Positions 38,865-49,033 of a stretch of DNA of 64,000 bases are shown one piece after another. The notes under the pieces are model-generated. The model did no database searches and had not been told where the DNA came from. It saw nothing but the letters and a program-made list of their open reading frames with translations. The position numbers and the translations under genes were made by a program. How positions within the stretch are numbered: the stretch's first letter is position 1; each line of letters starts with the position of its first letter. The DNA comes from an uncultured Jutongia sp. (lineage in GTDB: Bacteria; Bacillota; Clostridia; Lachnospirales; Lachnospiraceae), in the NCBI GenBank assembly GCA_964511525.1, contig CAZEFX010000001.1, positions 1,047 to 65,046 on the forward strand, read 5' to 3'.

Positions 38865-38946
38865 GTAAAATAGACTTTTAGAACAAAAGATGATAAAATT
38901 AAATAATCTGTTAATTATTCTGCTAAATAGAGAAAAGGATGAATAT

Positions 38947-41226
38947 ATGAAGATTTTTATAATAAGCTTAATGATAATTGCTCTGGTTGTACTAGGGTAC
39001 TATATTTATAAAACATGTAAGGAAAAGCATAAACTAACTCATACCGTTAGAGGGCTTTTGTCGGCAGGGTTTGTTATTATATTTTTTCATACCCTGTCAC
39101 TGTTTACAACCTCTGAAGTAATTTGTCTTTTTGGCTATAGCGGTTATTTCGCAGCAGCAAACTGGCTGCTTTATTATTTGTTGCGTTTTTCTATTGAGTA
39201 TATTGGAAATGAGTTTGAGAATCATGTGAAGAAAAAATACATGATTTTATTGTTGTGTCTGGATAATGTTTCCATTTTTTTGAATAATGTATTCCAGCAT
39301 CTTTTTACTCTGGAGCCGGTGACCTTATTTAAAGGAGAGGAATTTTTTGCATTGCAAATTACGCCATTATTTTATACACATTATGCCATTATTCTCATGC
39401 TGGTGACATTCTGTCTGGTTAGTTTGTTTTATCGTTCGGTAAAGTCTCCTATGTTTTATCGGAAAAGGTATCTGGCGATTGCTATTGGTGTTGTAATTAT
39501 TGTGATTATAAATGCATTTTCCATGAATTCTGCTATTGACATTTCCGTATTTAGTTATGCTATAGAAGGTGTCTGTATTTATTATTGTGTTTTTGTCTAT
39601 ACTCCCCAAAAGCTGTTACCAAAAACATTGTTCCAAGTGGCTCAGAATATGTCGGTAGGCTTATTTGTTCTGGATGTGGAGGGAAAGAAACTTTACAGCA
39701 ATAAATGTGGAGAAAACTTCCTGAGTAAGGAAAGCCCACTAGTAAATAAAGATGGAACCACCTTAGAGGAGTGGTGCCGTGTACTTTATATGCAGTATGA
39801 TAAGGATTTCAAAAAGGAACAAAGCTTTTTCCGTGGAGAAGAAGAATTAATCCTAAAAATTGAATTACAAAGAATGGTAGATGCGAAGAGCCAGCTCCAG
39901 GGCGGATATTTTGTAATTCAGGATAGAACAGAAGAAATTAATAACATGAAGCTGGAGCAGTATCTGGCTACCCATGATAGTCTGACCGGATTATATAATA
40001 AGGGATGTTTTGATGTAAAAGCAGCCCGGTATATTAAGCGCCATGCTCACGAGAAGCTTCTTATGATTTGTACGGATATTAAAGATTTTAAAATGATTAA
40101 TGATTTTCTGGGAACTCAGACAGGAGATACGGTTTTGGTAAATTTTGCCCGTATAATTAAGGAACAGGCAGGGGAGAATAGCGTGTACGGACGCCTTGGT
40201 AATGATGTGTTTGCGATTCTTATGCATAAGGAGGATTATAAGGAGACGTTGTTTTCTGGTGATGAGCATGATTTTTTTGCAGGTGCTGAAAAAAATGTTT
40301 CTATCCCATTAGTTAATTATATGGGAGTGTATGAAATCACTCAAAAGGATGTTTCGGTAGCAGTTATGTGTGACCGTGCCAGAATGGCAATTGCTACTAT
40401 TAAAGGGGATTACCATAAGAGAGTGGCGTATTATAATAATACAATCCGTGATAATATTATGCATGAGCAGGAACTGATTCATGGATTAACAGATGCAATC
40501 CAACAGGAGCAATTAAAAATGTATTTGCAGCCGCAGTTTTCTGCTGATGGAAAAATATTAGGTGCTGAAGCATTAGTTCGTTGGATTCATCCGGAAAAAG
40601 GAGCAATATTGCCCGGAGATTTCATACCGGTTTTTGAGAAGAATGGTTTGATTTCTGACGTAGACCAGTTTATTTGGGAAAAAGCTTGCAAGCAGCTCCG
40701 CCAGTGGAAGGAAGAAGGAAAAGAGGATTTATATATATCTGTCAATATATCTCCAAGAGATTTCTATTTCCTTAATATTTACCAGATTTTTGTGGATTTG
40801 GTAGAAAAATACCAGATTAATCCTAGTAAATTAAAATTAGAAATTACAGAAACTGCCATTGTTATGGATTTTAACCGGCAATTGGAATTAATTAAAAAAC
40901 TTCGTCACAATGGTTTTGTGGTAGAAATGGATGATTTTGGAAGTGGTTACTCTTCTTTAAATATGTTAAAGGATATTCATGTTGATATATTAAAAATAGA
41001 TATGGGATTTTTGAAGAAAGCAAATGACGAGGAGAGAAGTAAGAAAATTTTACAGATGATTATTAGTCTTTCTAAACATCTGGATATGCCAGTGATAACA
41101 GAAGGTGTGGAAACCGCAGAACAGGTACAGTTTTTAGCAGAAATGGGCTGCGAAATGTTTCAGGGATACTATTTTGCAAAACCTATGTCTGTGCAGGAAT
41201 TTGAAGAATTTTATGCAGAGTCCTAA
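38947..41226 (+). CDS. 7TM-sensor GGDEF(degenerate)-EAL protein, probable c-di-GMP phosphodiesterase
   Basis: HDSLTGLYN; GNDVF in place of GGDEF; intact EAL, EITE and DDFGSGYSS. Confidence 0.88.
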   Translation: MKIFIISLMIIALVVLGYYIYKTCKEKHKLTHTVRGLLSAGFVIIFFHTLSLFTTSEVICLFGYSGYFAAANWLLYYLLRFSIEYIGNEFENHVKKKYMILLLCLDNVSIFLNNVFQHLFTLEPVTLFKGEEFFALQITPLFYTHYAIILMLVTFCLVSLFYRSVKSPMFYRKRYLAIAIGVVIIVIINAFSMNSAIDISVFSYAIEGVCIYYCVFVYTPQKLLPKTLFQVAQNMSVGLFVLDVEGKKLYSNKCGENFLSKESPLVNKDGTTLEEWCRVLYMQYDKDFKKEQSFFRGEEELILKIELQRMVDAKSQLQGGYFVIQDRTEEINNMKLEQYLATHDSLTGLYNKGCFDVKAARYIKRHAHEKLLMICTDIKDFKMINDFLGTQTGDTVLVNFARIIKEQAGENSVYGRLGNDVFAILMHKEDYKETLFSGDEHDFFAGAEKNVSIPLVNYMGVYEITQKDVSVAVMCDRARMAIATIKGDYHKRVAYYNNTIRDNIMHEQELIHGLTDAIQQEQLKMYLQPQFSADGKILGAEALVRWIHPEKGAILPGDFIPVFEKNGLISDVDQFIWEKACKQLRQWKEEGKEDLYISVNISPRDFYFLNIYQIFVDLVEKYQINPSKLKLEITETAIVMDFNRQLELIKKLRHNGFVVEMDDFGSGYSSLNMLKDIHVDILKIDMGFLKKANDEERSKKILQMIISLSKHLDMPVITEGVETAEQVQFLAEMGCEMFQGYYFAKPMSVQEFEEFYAES

Positions 41227-41258
41227 AGTAAATTAGATTACTATAAGGAGATAAAATT

Positions 41259-41843
41259 GTGAGCTGGAGTATTGTATTTTTTATTAACAGTGTATTATTA
41301 GGTGTGGGATTAGCAATGGATGCATTTTCTGTTTCCCTTGCAAATGGGCTGAATGAACCAAAGATGAAAGCGGGAAGGGTCTGTATTATTGCAGGTGTTT
41401 TTGCTGTATTTCAGGCATTAATGCCTATGACCGGATGGATTTGTGTACATACCATATTGCAATATTTTAAAGTTTTTGAGAAAATGATACCATGGATTGC
41501 ATTAATTCTGTTAGCGTATATTGGCGGAAAGGTGCTTTGGGAAGGTATCAAAAAGGACGAGGAAGAGGAAGAAAAGGCTGCGGTAGGCTTTGTTGGACTG
41601 TTGGTACAGGGAGTGGCAACCTCTATTGATGCTTTGTCTGTGGGATTTACCATTGCAGAATACTCCTGGGTTATGGCTCTGGTCTGTTCGCTGATTATTG
41701 CAGCAGTGACCTTTGTAATCTGTGTAGGTGGATTACTGATTGGAAAAAAGTTTGGAACCAAGCTTTCTAATAAGGCATCTATCTTAGGTGGTGTTATATT
41801 GATTGCCATTGGATTAGAGATTTTTATTACAGGCGTTTTTTAG
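41259..41843 (+). CDS. mntP: Manganese efflux pump MntP family
   Basis: LAMDAFSVS and ATSIDAL.VG motifs. Confidence 0.88.
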   Translation: MSWSIVFFINSVLLGVGLAMDAFSVSLANGLNEPKMKAGRVCIIAGVFAVFQALMPMTGWICVHTILQYFKVFEKMIPWIALILLAYIGGKVLWEGIKKDEEEEEKAAVGFVGLLVQGVATSIDALSVGFTIAEYSWVMALVCSLIIAAVTFVICVGGLLIGKKFGTKLSNKASILGGVILIAIGLEIFITGVF

Positions 41844-42064
41844 AAGGGAAGATGAAAGCGAAGGAAAGAAAAAAATAAAATATTGTGGCAGATGTTGTAT
41901 AAGGACGTCGATATTTGATGCATGCTTTTTGTTGAAATGCCTTGGGAAGATTGTATACTTTTTCTAAGGCGTTTTTTATTAGACTTGGGTATCAGAAGGA
42001 AGTACCTTTGAAGCCCCTAATCTTTATAGAAAACGACAAAAATCAAGGGAAAGCAGGAGGGGCC

Positions 42065-42871
42065 ATGGAGTCAACAAGAGTATTAATCGTAGACGACAAC
42101 AAAAGAATTGTAAGTATACTAAAGGATGCCCTGGAAAGAGAACAGGATATGGAGGTAGCGGGAACTGCATCAGATGGAGAGGAGGCATTACGGCTTATTT
42201 CTGTTTTGCGGCCAGATGTGGTTTTGTTGGATTTGATTATGCCAAAGATAGATGGATTGGGAGTGATGGAGCGGTTAAAAAACAGAGAAATGGAACATAA
42301 GCCGGAGATTATCGTAGTTTCTGCGGTATGTCAGGAAAATGTAACAGAAAATGCTTTTGAATTAGGAGCTGCCTATTATATTTTGAAACCCTTTGATAAT
42401 CGGGTGATTTTGTCTAGAATCCGGGCGTTACGACAACAGGTAAATGTTCAGAACGAAAAAAGAGAAAACAAGGTTATTAGTACGGTGTTTGAAAATCGAA
42501 ACCGAAGACTGGCAGGTAGTTTGGAGGCTGATGTGACAGATATTATACATGAGATTGGGATTCCGGCTCATATTAAAGGGTATCAATATCTTCGGGATGC
42601 TATTATAATGTCCGTTGGTGACACCGAAATGTTAGGTTCTATAACAAAGGTATTGTATCCTACCATTGCCAAACGACATAAGACTACACCTAGCAGAGTG
42701 GAACGTGCTATTCGGCATGCTATTGAGGTGGCGTGGAGCAGAGGCAGAGTAGAAACCATAGAAGAATTATTTGGATATACTGTCAATTCAGGAAAGGGAA
42801 AACCTACTAATTCTGAATTTGTGGCTTTGATAGCAGATAAAATCCGTCTGGAATATAAAATGCGGGCATAG
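42065..42871 (+). CDS. spo0A: Sporulation transcription factor Spo0A (or a paralog)
   Basis: Receiver domain LDLIMP; [25 protein letters not shown] and KPTNSEF motifs. Confidence 0.92.
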   Translation: MESTRVLIVDDNKRIVSILKDALEREQDMEVAGTASDGEEALRLISVLRPDVVLLDLIMPKIDGLGVMERLKNREMEHKPEIIVVSAVCQENVTENAFELGAAYYILKPFDNRVILSRIRALRQQVNVQNEKRENKVISTVFENRNRRLAGSLEADVTDIIHEIGIPAHIKGYQYLRDAIIMSVGDTEMLGSITKVLYPTIAKRHKTTPSRVERAIRHAIEVAWSRGRVETIEELFGYTVNSGKGKPTNSEFVALIADKIRLEYKMRA

Positions 42872-42986
42872 AAAAAAGGAAAGAAAACCCGATAAAATCA
42901 TGGCAAAGTAGCAAAAAACACTTTTCACTTCTGGATAAATAAGGTATAATTAGAAAATAGGGATTTAAAAAGAATGGAGGGTGTTT

Positions 42987-44423
42987 ATGAAAAATATTTT
43001 GTTTGTAGCTTCAGAGTGTGTTCCTTTTGTGAAAACAGGAGGATTAGCTGACGTTGTGGGTTCTCTTCCAAAGTACTTCAATAAGGAAGAATTCGATGTT
43101 CGTGTCATGGTACCGAAATATGCCTGTATTCCAGATGAGTGGAAACAGCAGATGCAGTACAAGACACATTTTTATATGGATTTAGCATGGAGAAGTCAGT
43201 ATGTTGGAATTTTAGAAATGGAATATGAGGGAGTTCATTTCTATTTTATTGATAATGAGTTCTATTTTGCAGGTTATCATCCATATGGTAATATTCATGA
43301 AGATATTGAGAAGTTTGCATTCTTCTGTAAGGCAGCACTTTCTGCAATGCCTTCTTTGGATTTCAGACCTGACATTATTCACTGCCACGACTGGCAGACT
43401 GGTTTGATTCCTGTATACATCAAAGATACCTTTAATGCAAATCCATTTTATCATGGAATTAAGACGATTATGACAATTCATAACCTGAAATTCCAGGGGA
43501 TTTGGGATAAACGCAAGGTGATTGATATTACTGGCCTGAATGAATATTATTTTGCACCAGACAAGCTGGAAGCATATGGTGATGCAAACTACTTAAAGGG
43601 TGGTATTGTATATGCAGATATGGTAACTACCGTTAGTGATTCTTATGCAGAAGAGATTAAGATGCCATTTTATGGAGAGCATCTGGATGGTTTGATGCGG
43701 GCTAGAAGTAATTCTCTCCTTGGTATCGTAAATGGCTTGGATTACAATGAGTACAATCCAGAGACAGACCCATTTATCTTTGCAAATTATACGGCTAAGA
43801 ATTTCCGTAAGGAAAAGATTAAAAATAAACGTGGTCTTCAGAGAGAGCTTGGTTTGGAGGAGAACGATAAGAAGTTTATGATTGGTATCGTATCTCGTCT
43901 TACTGACCAGAAAGGCTTTGATCTCATTGATTATGTCATTGAGGAGATTTGTGCAGAGGATACCCAGCTGGTTGTATTAGGAACTGGTGAAGAGCGTTAT
44001 GAAAACTTATTCCGTCATTTTGAGTGGAAGTATCATGGAAGAGTTTCTGCCAATATTTTCTACTCCAATGAGCGTTCTCATAAGATTTATGCAGGCTGTG
44101 ATGCATTCCTGATGCCATCGCTGTTTGAGCCATGTGGCTTAAGCCAGTTAATGAGCTTGCGTTATGGTACTGTGCCAATCGTTCGTGAGACTGGTGGTCT
44201 GAAGGATACCGTAGAGCCTTATAATGAATATGAGAGTAAGGGAACGGGATTCTCCTTTAGTAACTACAATGCTCATGAAATGTTAGATACCATTCGTTAT
44301 GCGAAAGATGTTTACTACAACCGTAAGAGAGAGTGGAATAAGATTATTGACCGCGGTATGGCACAGGATTTCTCTTGGAACAGCTCTGCCAGAAAGTATG
44401 AAGATATGTATCGTGGTATGTAA
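42987..44423 (+). CDS. glgA: Glycogen synthase
   Basis: KTGGLADV, HCHDWQ and PSLFEPCGL motifs. Confidence 0.95.
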   Translation: MKNILFVASECVPFVKTGGLADVVGSLPKYFNKEEFDVRVMVPKYACIPDEWKQQMQYKTHFYMDLAWRSQYVGILEMEYEGVHFYFIDNEFYFAGYHPYGNIHEDIEKFAFFCKAALSAMPSLDFRPDIIHCHDWQTGLIPVYIKDTFNANPFYHGIKTIMTIHNLKFQGIWDKRKVIDITGLNEYYFAPDKLEAYGDANYLKGGIVYADMVTTVSDSYAEEIKMPFYGEHLDGLMRARSNSLLGIVNGLDYNEYNPETDPFIFANYTAKNFRKEKIKNKRGLQRELGLEENDKKFMIGIVSRLTDQKGFDLIDYVIEEICAEDTQLVVLGTGEERYENLFRHFEWKYHGRVSANIFYSNERSHKIYAGCDAFLMPSLFEPCGLSQLMSLRYGTVPIVRETGGLKDTVEPYNEYESKGTGFSFSNYNAHEMLDTIRYAKDVYYNRKREWNKIIDRGMAQDFSWNSSARKYEDMYRGM

Positions 44424-44449
44424 TGAAAAAAGAAAGTGAATAAAGACAG

Positions 44450-45163
44450 ATGCGACTAGATAAATATTTGTCACAGATGTCAGTAGGGACACGGTCTGAG
44501 GTGAAGAAACTCATCAAATCAGGCCGTGTTTTTGTAAATGACATTCCTGTGAAAAAACCAGAGCAAAAAGTAAATACAGAAGATATTGTTACTGTGGATG
44601 GAGAACAGGTTGAGTATGCCCGGTATGAATATTATATGCTGAATAAGCCGGCAGGCTATGTATCCGCTACGTCAGATAGGGAGTATCCAACAGTAGTGTC
44701 CTTGATTAAGGACAGTAAAAGGGATGATTTATTTCCTGTGGGACGCTTGGATAAAGACACAGAAGGTTTGCTTTTGATTACCAATGATGGAGAACTTGCT
44801 CATAATCTTCTTTCACCGAAAAAGCATGTATGGAAGACTTATTTGGTAAAGGCAGAGGGAAAGGTTACAGAAGAAGATGCAAAGGTTCTGGAAGAAGGAG
44901 TAGACATTGGAGAAGAAAAACTAACATTGCCTGCAAAGGTTTCAGAGGTAAAGTATGAAAGCCAATGGGATAAAGAATATACATGGCTGAATTTAGCTAT
45001 TCGGGAAGGAAAGTTCCATCAGGTAAAACGAATGCTGGCAGCAGTGGGAAAACCGGTGGTGTATCTAAAGAGACTGTCTATGGGAGGGTTAGAATTAGAT
45101 GGCGACTTAGAATTAGGAGCATATCGGAGACTGACACAGGAAGAAGTGGAAGGACTTCAATGA
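44450..45163 (+). CDS. RsuA family pseudouridine synthase
   Basis: S4 domain (MRLDKYL); GRLDKDTEGLL and EGKFHQVKRM motifs. Confidence 0.92.
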   Translation: MRLDKYLSQMSVGTRSEVKKLIKSGRVFVNDIPVKKPEQKVNTEDIVTVDGEQVEYARYEYYMLNKPAGYVSATSDREYPTVVSLIKDSKRDDLFPVGRLDKDTEGLLLITNDGELAHNLLSPKKHVWKTYLVKAEGKVTEEDAKVLEEGVDIGEEKLTLPAKVSEVKYESQWDKEYTWLNLAIREGKFHQVKRMLAAVGKPVVYLKRLSMGGLELDGDLELGAYRRLTQEEVEGLQ

Positions 45164-45237
45164 AAATGTACTTTTTATCTGATAGATACCTATGGATTTC
45201 TTGACATAGGCATGAAAAGAATATAATATAATGTATA

Positions 45238-45340
45238 GAAAGAGCAACCGCCCACAAGGTGGGTTGACGTATATTGATGATAGCAAAAAAGCCACCCATA
45301 CAACTCGCCAAAGTTATTGAGGGTGGTTTTTGCTATGTAT
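45238..45340 (+). ncRNA. Putative antisense antitoxin RNA (ends approximate)
   Basis: TTGACA at 45201 and TATAAT boxes at 45222-45232; terminal hairpin ATAGCAAAAAAGCCACCC/GGGTGGTTTTTGCTAT; convergent with the small toxin ORF. Confidence 0.55.
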
Positions 45341-45344
45341 GAAA

Positions 45345-45434
45345 CTACTTACAAATCGAACAAATGAATGTAAGTAACGCCAAAATGAAAAGACCGAACT
45401 GCATCAAATCTTTAAAATCAAACTGATTTTGCAT
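45345..45434 (-). CDS. Putative type I membrane toxin MQNQFDFKDLMQFGLFILALLTFICSICK (29 aa)
   Basis: GGGGGTG RBS held in a hairpin; single TM helix; DL.QF motif shared with the 20494 peptide. Confidence 0.75.
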   Translation of the reverse strand: MQNQFDFKDLMQFGLFILALLTFICSICK

Positions 45435-45641
45435 AGCGTCACCCCCATTCTGTTAAAAATGGTGGTCAACGCACCCTGCAATACGATTGCTCCTTAATTT
45501 AGGATAACATAGTCTGTTATGTCGAGCGAGTGTTTTTTGGTTCAATAAGAATTTTTATTATTTCAGTTTACAACTGGGGATATTCTATAAAAAATGCACT
45601 CAAACAGGATTTTTAGGGTTAAGAAACGAAGTTGATAAAAC

Positions 45642-45681
45642 TAGAAAAACCTCGGAAGCCCTATATTTCCGAGTTTTTCTA
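45642..45681 (-). terminator. Terminator downstream of tRNA-Thr
   Basis: TAGAAAAAC(C)TCGGAA/TTCCGAGTTTTTCTA. Confidence 0.7.
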
Positions 45682-45684
45682 ATA

Positions 45685-45757
45685 AGCTGAAAAAGGGACT
45701 TGAACCCTCGACCCCTTCATTACGAGTGAAGTGCTCTACCGACTGAGCTATTTCAGC
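45685..45757 (-). tRNA. tRNA-Thr (CGT); CCA not encoded
   Basis: Minus strand GCTGAAATAGCTCAGTCGGTAGAGCACTTCACTCGTAATGAAGGGGTCGAGGGTTCAAGTCCCTTTTTCAGCT forms a full cloverleaf. Confidence 0.97.
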
Positions 45758-45926
45758 ACTGCAATTTATTCTATAGTATTTCTATGAGAAAATCAACCTT
45801 TTTTTCAGCAATGGAATCTATCATAATGATGTGATATAGTAAAGAATATGTGCAGAAGATACTAAGAATTGATAAAGCATAAATTAACAGATAGAATAAA
45901 AAGGCAAGTCGGAGGACGATGAAAAG

Positions 45927-46922
45927 ATGGAATTTTATGGAACCATAGGGAAATCCTGTCAGGATGAATCAGTTATTGAAGAAATGTTTCGAGTGGGCAT
46001 GACTGGTGTGAGAATCAATATGTCTCATCAGAGTCTGGAAGAAAGCAAGGAATGGTTCGTTTCTATTCAGAAAGCAGCAGAAAAATGTCATATAAAACCA
46101 GAAATACTAATTGATTTACAGGGACCGGAGCTGCGAATTGGCAAGCTGCAGGATGAGGTATTATTACAGGAAGGAGAAGTGTTTAATTTCAAAGAGAAAA
46201 TTCCTTTTCCCTCAGAAATTGTTCCTTATTTGGAAGAAGGACAGGAAATTCTATTGGATGATGGAAGACTTTTGTTACAAGTGGAAGCTGTAAAAGAAGC
46301 AAGGGGAGAAGCGGAAGTGTTTTGTAAAGTTCTGCGGGGCGGAACATTGCTTTCAAGAAAGAGCATTGCACTACCGGGAGTGACAATTCCTATGCCTACA
46401 TTAACAGAAGAGGATTTGAAAAATATAGAGGGAGCAAAAGAGGCAGGAGTTACGGGAGTTATGCTTCCGTTTGTGCGTGGAGCAAGTGATGTCCGTAGAT
46501 TGAGACAGGCATTGAGGGAAGCAGAAGCTCCCCATATTCGTATATTTTCAAAGATTGAAAATATGGCAGGGGTAGATGCGTTGGAGGAAATTATACCGGA
46601 AAGTGATATGGTAATTATTGCCCGGGGAGATTTAGGCAATGGGCTGCCACTTTGGAAACTGCCGTCATTGCAGAAAGAAATTAGCAAAAAATGCAAAGAC
46701 GCAAAGAAGCCATTTATGGTAGTAACTCAGTTGTTACATTCTATGGAACATGCTAGGATTCCTACCAGAGCAGAAGTGATGGATATTTATAATGCGGTGC
46801 TGGATGGAGCAGGAGCATTAATGCTTACAGGAGAGACTGCGGCAGGAGACTATCCTGTGGAGGCGATGGAATATTTAGTGAAAACGGGAAGAGAGGCGTT
46901 GAAAATATGGCAGGAACAGTAG
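45927..46922 (+). CDS. pyk: Short pyruvate kinase (A and B domains only)
   Basis: RINMSH, DLQGP, SKIEN, ARGDLG, PTRAE and GETA.G.YP motifs. Confidence 0.85.
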   Translation: MEFYGTIGKSCQDESVIEEMFRVGMTGVRINMSHQSLEESKEWFVSIQKAAEKCHIKPEILIDLQGPELRIGKLQDEVLLQEGEVFNFKEKIPFPSEIVPYLEEGQEILLDDGRLLLQVEAVKEARGEAEVFCKVLRGGTLLSRKSIALPGVTIPMPTLTEEDLKNIEGAKEAGVTGVMLPFVRGASDVRRLRQALREAEAPHIRIFSKIENMAGVDALEEIIPESDMVIIARGDLGNGLPLWKLPSLQKEISKKCKDAKKPFMVVTQLLHSMEHARIPTRAEVMDIYNAVLDGAGALMLTGETAAGDYPVEAMEYLVKTGREALKIWQEQ

Positions 46923-47578
46923 AGCATTTAGCCATTGCATGGGAATTGTCCCAGAGATTAGACATAGAGAATATCGGATTATTTATTGCAGGAAATGTAT
47001 GTCCTGATGGGATTATGGCAAGAGAAAATTATCAACGCCCTATGAAGATGCATACTCATTTCCGAGATGGGATTCCAGATTATGAATTTTCTAAACCAGA
47101 GCATTTGGAATTGTTTCATCAGCGTATCCGTGAGTTTGCAGAAAAATATTATAAATCTGCGGGTACAGAAAAGGATTTGTATCTAGGTTATCTTACCCAT
47201 ATTTTAGCGGATGAAATTTTTATGTTGACCATACGTCCAGAGTTTATGGAAAGGATGAAAGGTAAGGGGTTAACAGACCGGGATATGAAAACCTTTGAAT
47301 ATTTCACCTATGATGTAAATCAGATAGATTATCGTCTGGCGAAGGAATATTCAGGGATGAATCAAGTTTTGCAGATTTTAAAAAGTGTGGAGCCCTATGA
47401 GATAAGAGATATGATAACAAAGGAAGAACTTACCAGAAGCAGGGAATGGATTCTTAACTTCTTTTTCAATCATGCTCCGGAATGGAAAGCCCCTATTTAC
47501 TACACCTATAGCAGAGCGTTGGATTTTATTTGTGAAGCAGTAGAAATCATAGAATACCGTGTGAAAGAATATATCTAA
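46907..47578 (+). CDS. Zinc-dependent phospholipase C-like protein
   Basis: N-terminal His, GNVCPD, THF and GYLTHILAD motifs. Confidence 0.65.
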   Translation: MAGTVEHLAIAWELSQRLDIENIGLFIAGNVCPDGIMARENYQRPMKMHTHFRDGIPDYEFSKPEHLELFHQRIREFAEKYYKSAGTEKDLYLGYLTHILADEIFMLTIRPEFMERMKGKGLTDRDMKTFEYFTYDVNQIDYRLAKEYSGMNQVLQILKSVEPYEIRDMITKEELTRSREWILNFFFNHAPEWKAPIYYTYSRALDFICEAVEIIEYRVKEYI

Positions 47579-47611
47579 GAAGAGAAGGTTTTTGGTATAA
47601 AATGGAAAGGC

Positions 47612-49033
47612 TTGGTAAGAGTTGTGGCAGTAAAGAACAGGAGAAAACATAGAAAAAAAGGAAAAATATCCCCAAAAGTGATTATAATGGCAGTTTTTTT
47701 TCTAATGCTTTTATTTTGCTTTTTGTTGGAGGCTTTCAAAGAAGGAAATATTTTTCAAAAAAGCAATTTTTTTCGGGAAATTCATAAAGAAAAAGAAGAA
47801 AAAAGTATTCTTCAGCGAAAAAAAAGAGAAGAAGAAAAAATCCGGGTTCTCATTACAAATTCTAATATGAGTAGTATATTTCATGATGTGGTACAAATTA
47901 CAGGAAGCGAAGAATTTTCGGTGAAAAGGAATGGTAAAAAGGAAGTGTATTCTCCAGGAGAGATAATAGAGTTTACCAAAGAAGAAATAGATAAAAATTC
48001 TGAAAAAGTTTTATTTGCCTGTCCGAAAGGAAAAATAAAAATTCTTTCTGTTTTGCGAAGACAAGAGATTCCTGCCTATAGAGGAATCATAGAGATAAAA
48101 AAAGAAAGTCAAGGTCTTCTTGTGATTAATGAATTAAAACTTAGAGAATATTTATACGGAGTAGTTCCGGGAGAAATGTCGGCATCTTATCCCATGGAAG
48201 CATTAAAGGCGCAGGCGGTTTGTGCCAGAAGCTTTGCATGGAATCAAAAGAAAGCAAATAGATATAAAGAGTATGATGCCCACGTGGATGATACTACAGC
48301 ATTTCAGGTGTATAATATGGCAGGAGAAGACAAGAGAACTCAGAAAGCAGTTGATGACACAGCAGGGGAATTACTTTACCATGGAAAAAAAGTAATAACC
48401 ACCTATTACTATTCTACTTCCTGGGGCAGTAGTGCCACTACAAAAGAGGTGTGGGGTGGCGATGCAAATGTGTGCTATCCTGCGAAGCTTCAGATTACTA
48501 AAAGCAGTCAGAAAAAAACGGGAATCAAAGGTTTAAATTTCAGTGAAGAAAAGATTTTTAGGGAGTTTATAACAAACGAGATATGCAATACCTACGATGA
48601 AGAAAGCAACTGGTATCGTTGGAGGACAGAATTGCCAGCGAAACAGTTAGGATTGAAATTAGGAATTGGCACAATTAAAAAAATACAGATTCTGGAACGG
48701 GGAAAAAGTGGATTGTTACAGAAAATCAGGATTACAGGTTCCAAAGGAAGTGAAGTGATAGAGGGGCAGCAAAGTATCCGTGAAAAATTGTTGTTATCCG
48801 ATACAGTAATCGAAACGAAGGATGGAAACAGACAGAGCCTTTCTTTACTTCCTAGTGCTGCTTTTTTTGTGCAGGATAGTGTATCCAATGGGGAAGTGCA
48901 ATTTCGACTGATTGGAGGGGGCTTTGGTCATGGTGTGGGTATGAGCCAGAATGGAGCAGCAGCTATGGCGAAAGAGGGATTTTCTTACCAGGATATTCTC
49001 TCTCATTATTATCAGGAATGTCAGATTAAATAA
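47612..49033 (+). CDS. SpoIID/LytB domain protein
   Basis: EYLYGVVPGEM, EALKAQAVCARS and GFGHGVGMSQ motifs. Confidence 0.9.
   Translation: MVRVVAVKNRRKHRKKGKISPKVIIMAVFFLMLLFCFLLEAFKEGNIFQKSNFFREIHKEKEEKSILQRKKREEEKIRVLITNSNMSSIFHDVVQITGSEEFSVKRNGKKEVYSPGEIIEFTKEEIDKNSEKVLFACPKGKIKILSVLRRQEIPAYRGIIEIKKESQGLLVINELKLREYLYGVVPGEMSASYPMEALKAQAVCARSFAWNQKKANRYKEYDAHVDDTTAFQVYNMAGEDKRTQKAVDDTAGELLYHGKKVITTYYYSTSWGSSATTKEVWGGDANVCYPAKLQITKSSQKKTGIKGLNFSEEKIFREFITNEICNTYDEESNWYRWRTELPAKQLGLKLGIGTIKKIQILERGKSGLLQKIRITGSKGSEVIEGQQSIREKLLLSDTVIETKDGNRQSLSLLPSAAFFVQDSVSNGEVQFRLIGGGFGHGVGMSQNGAAAMAKEGFSYQDILSHYYQECQIK

Noticed and set aside
45520-45684. Prophage or ICE attachment site at tRNA-Thr
   Set aside because: No integrase and no duplicated tRNA 3' end was seen in the window.
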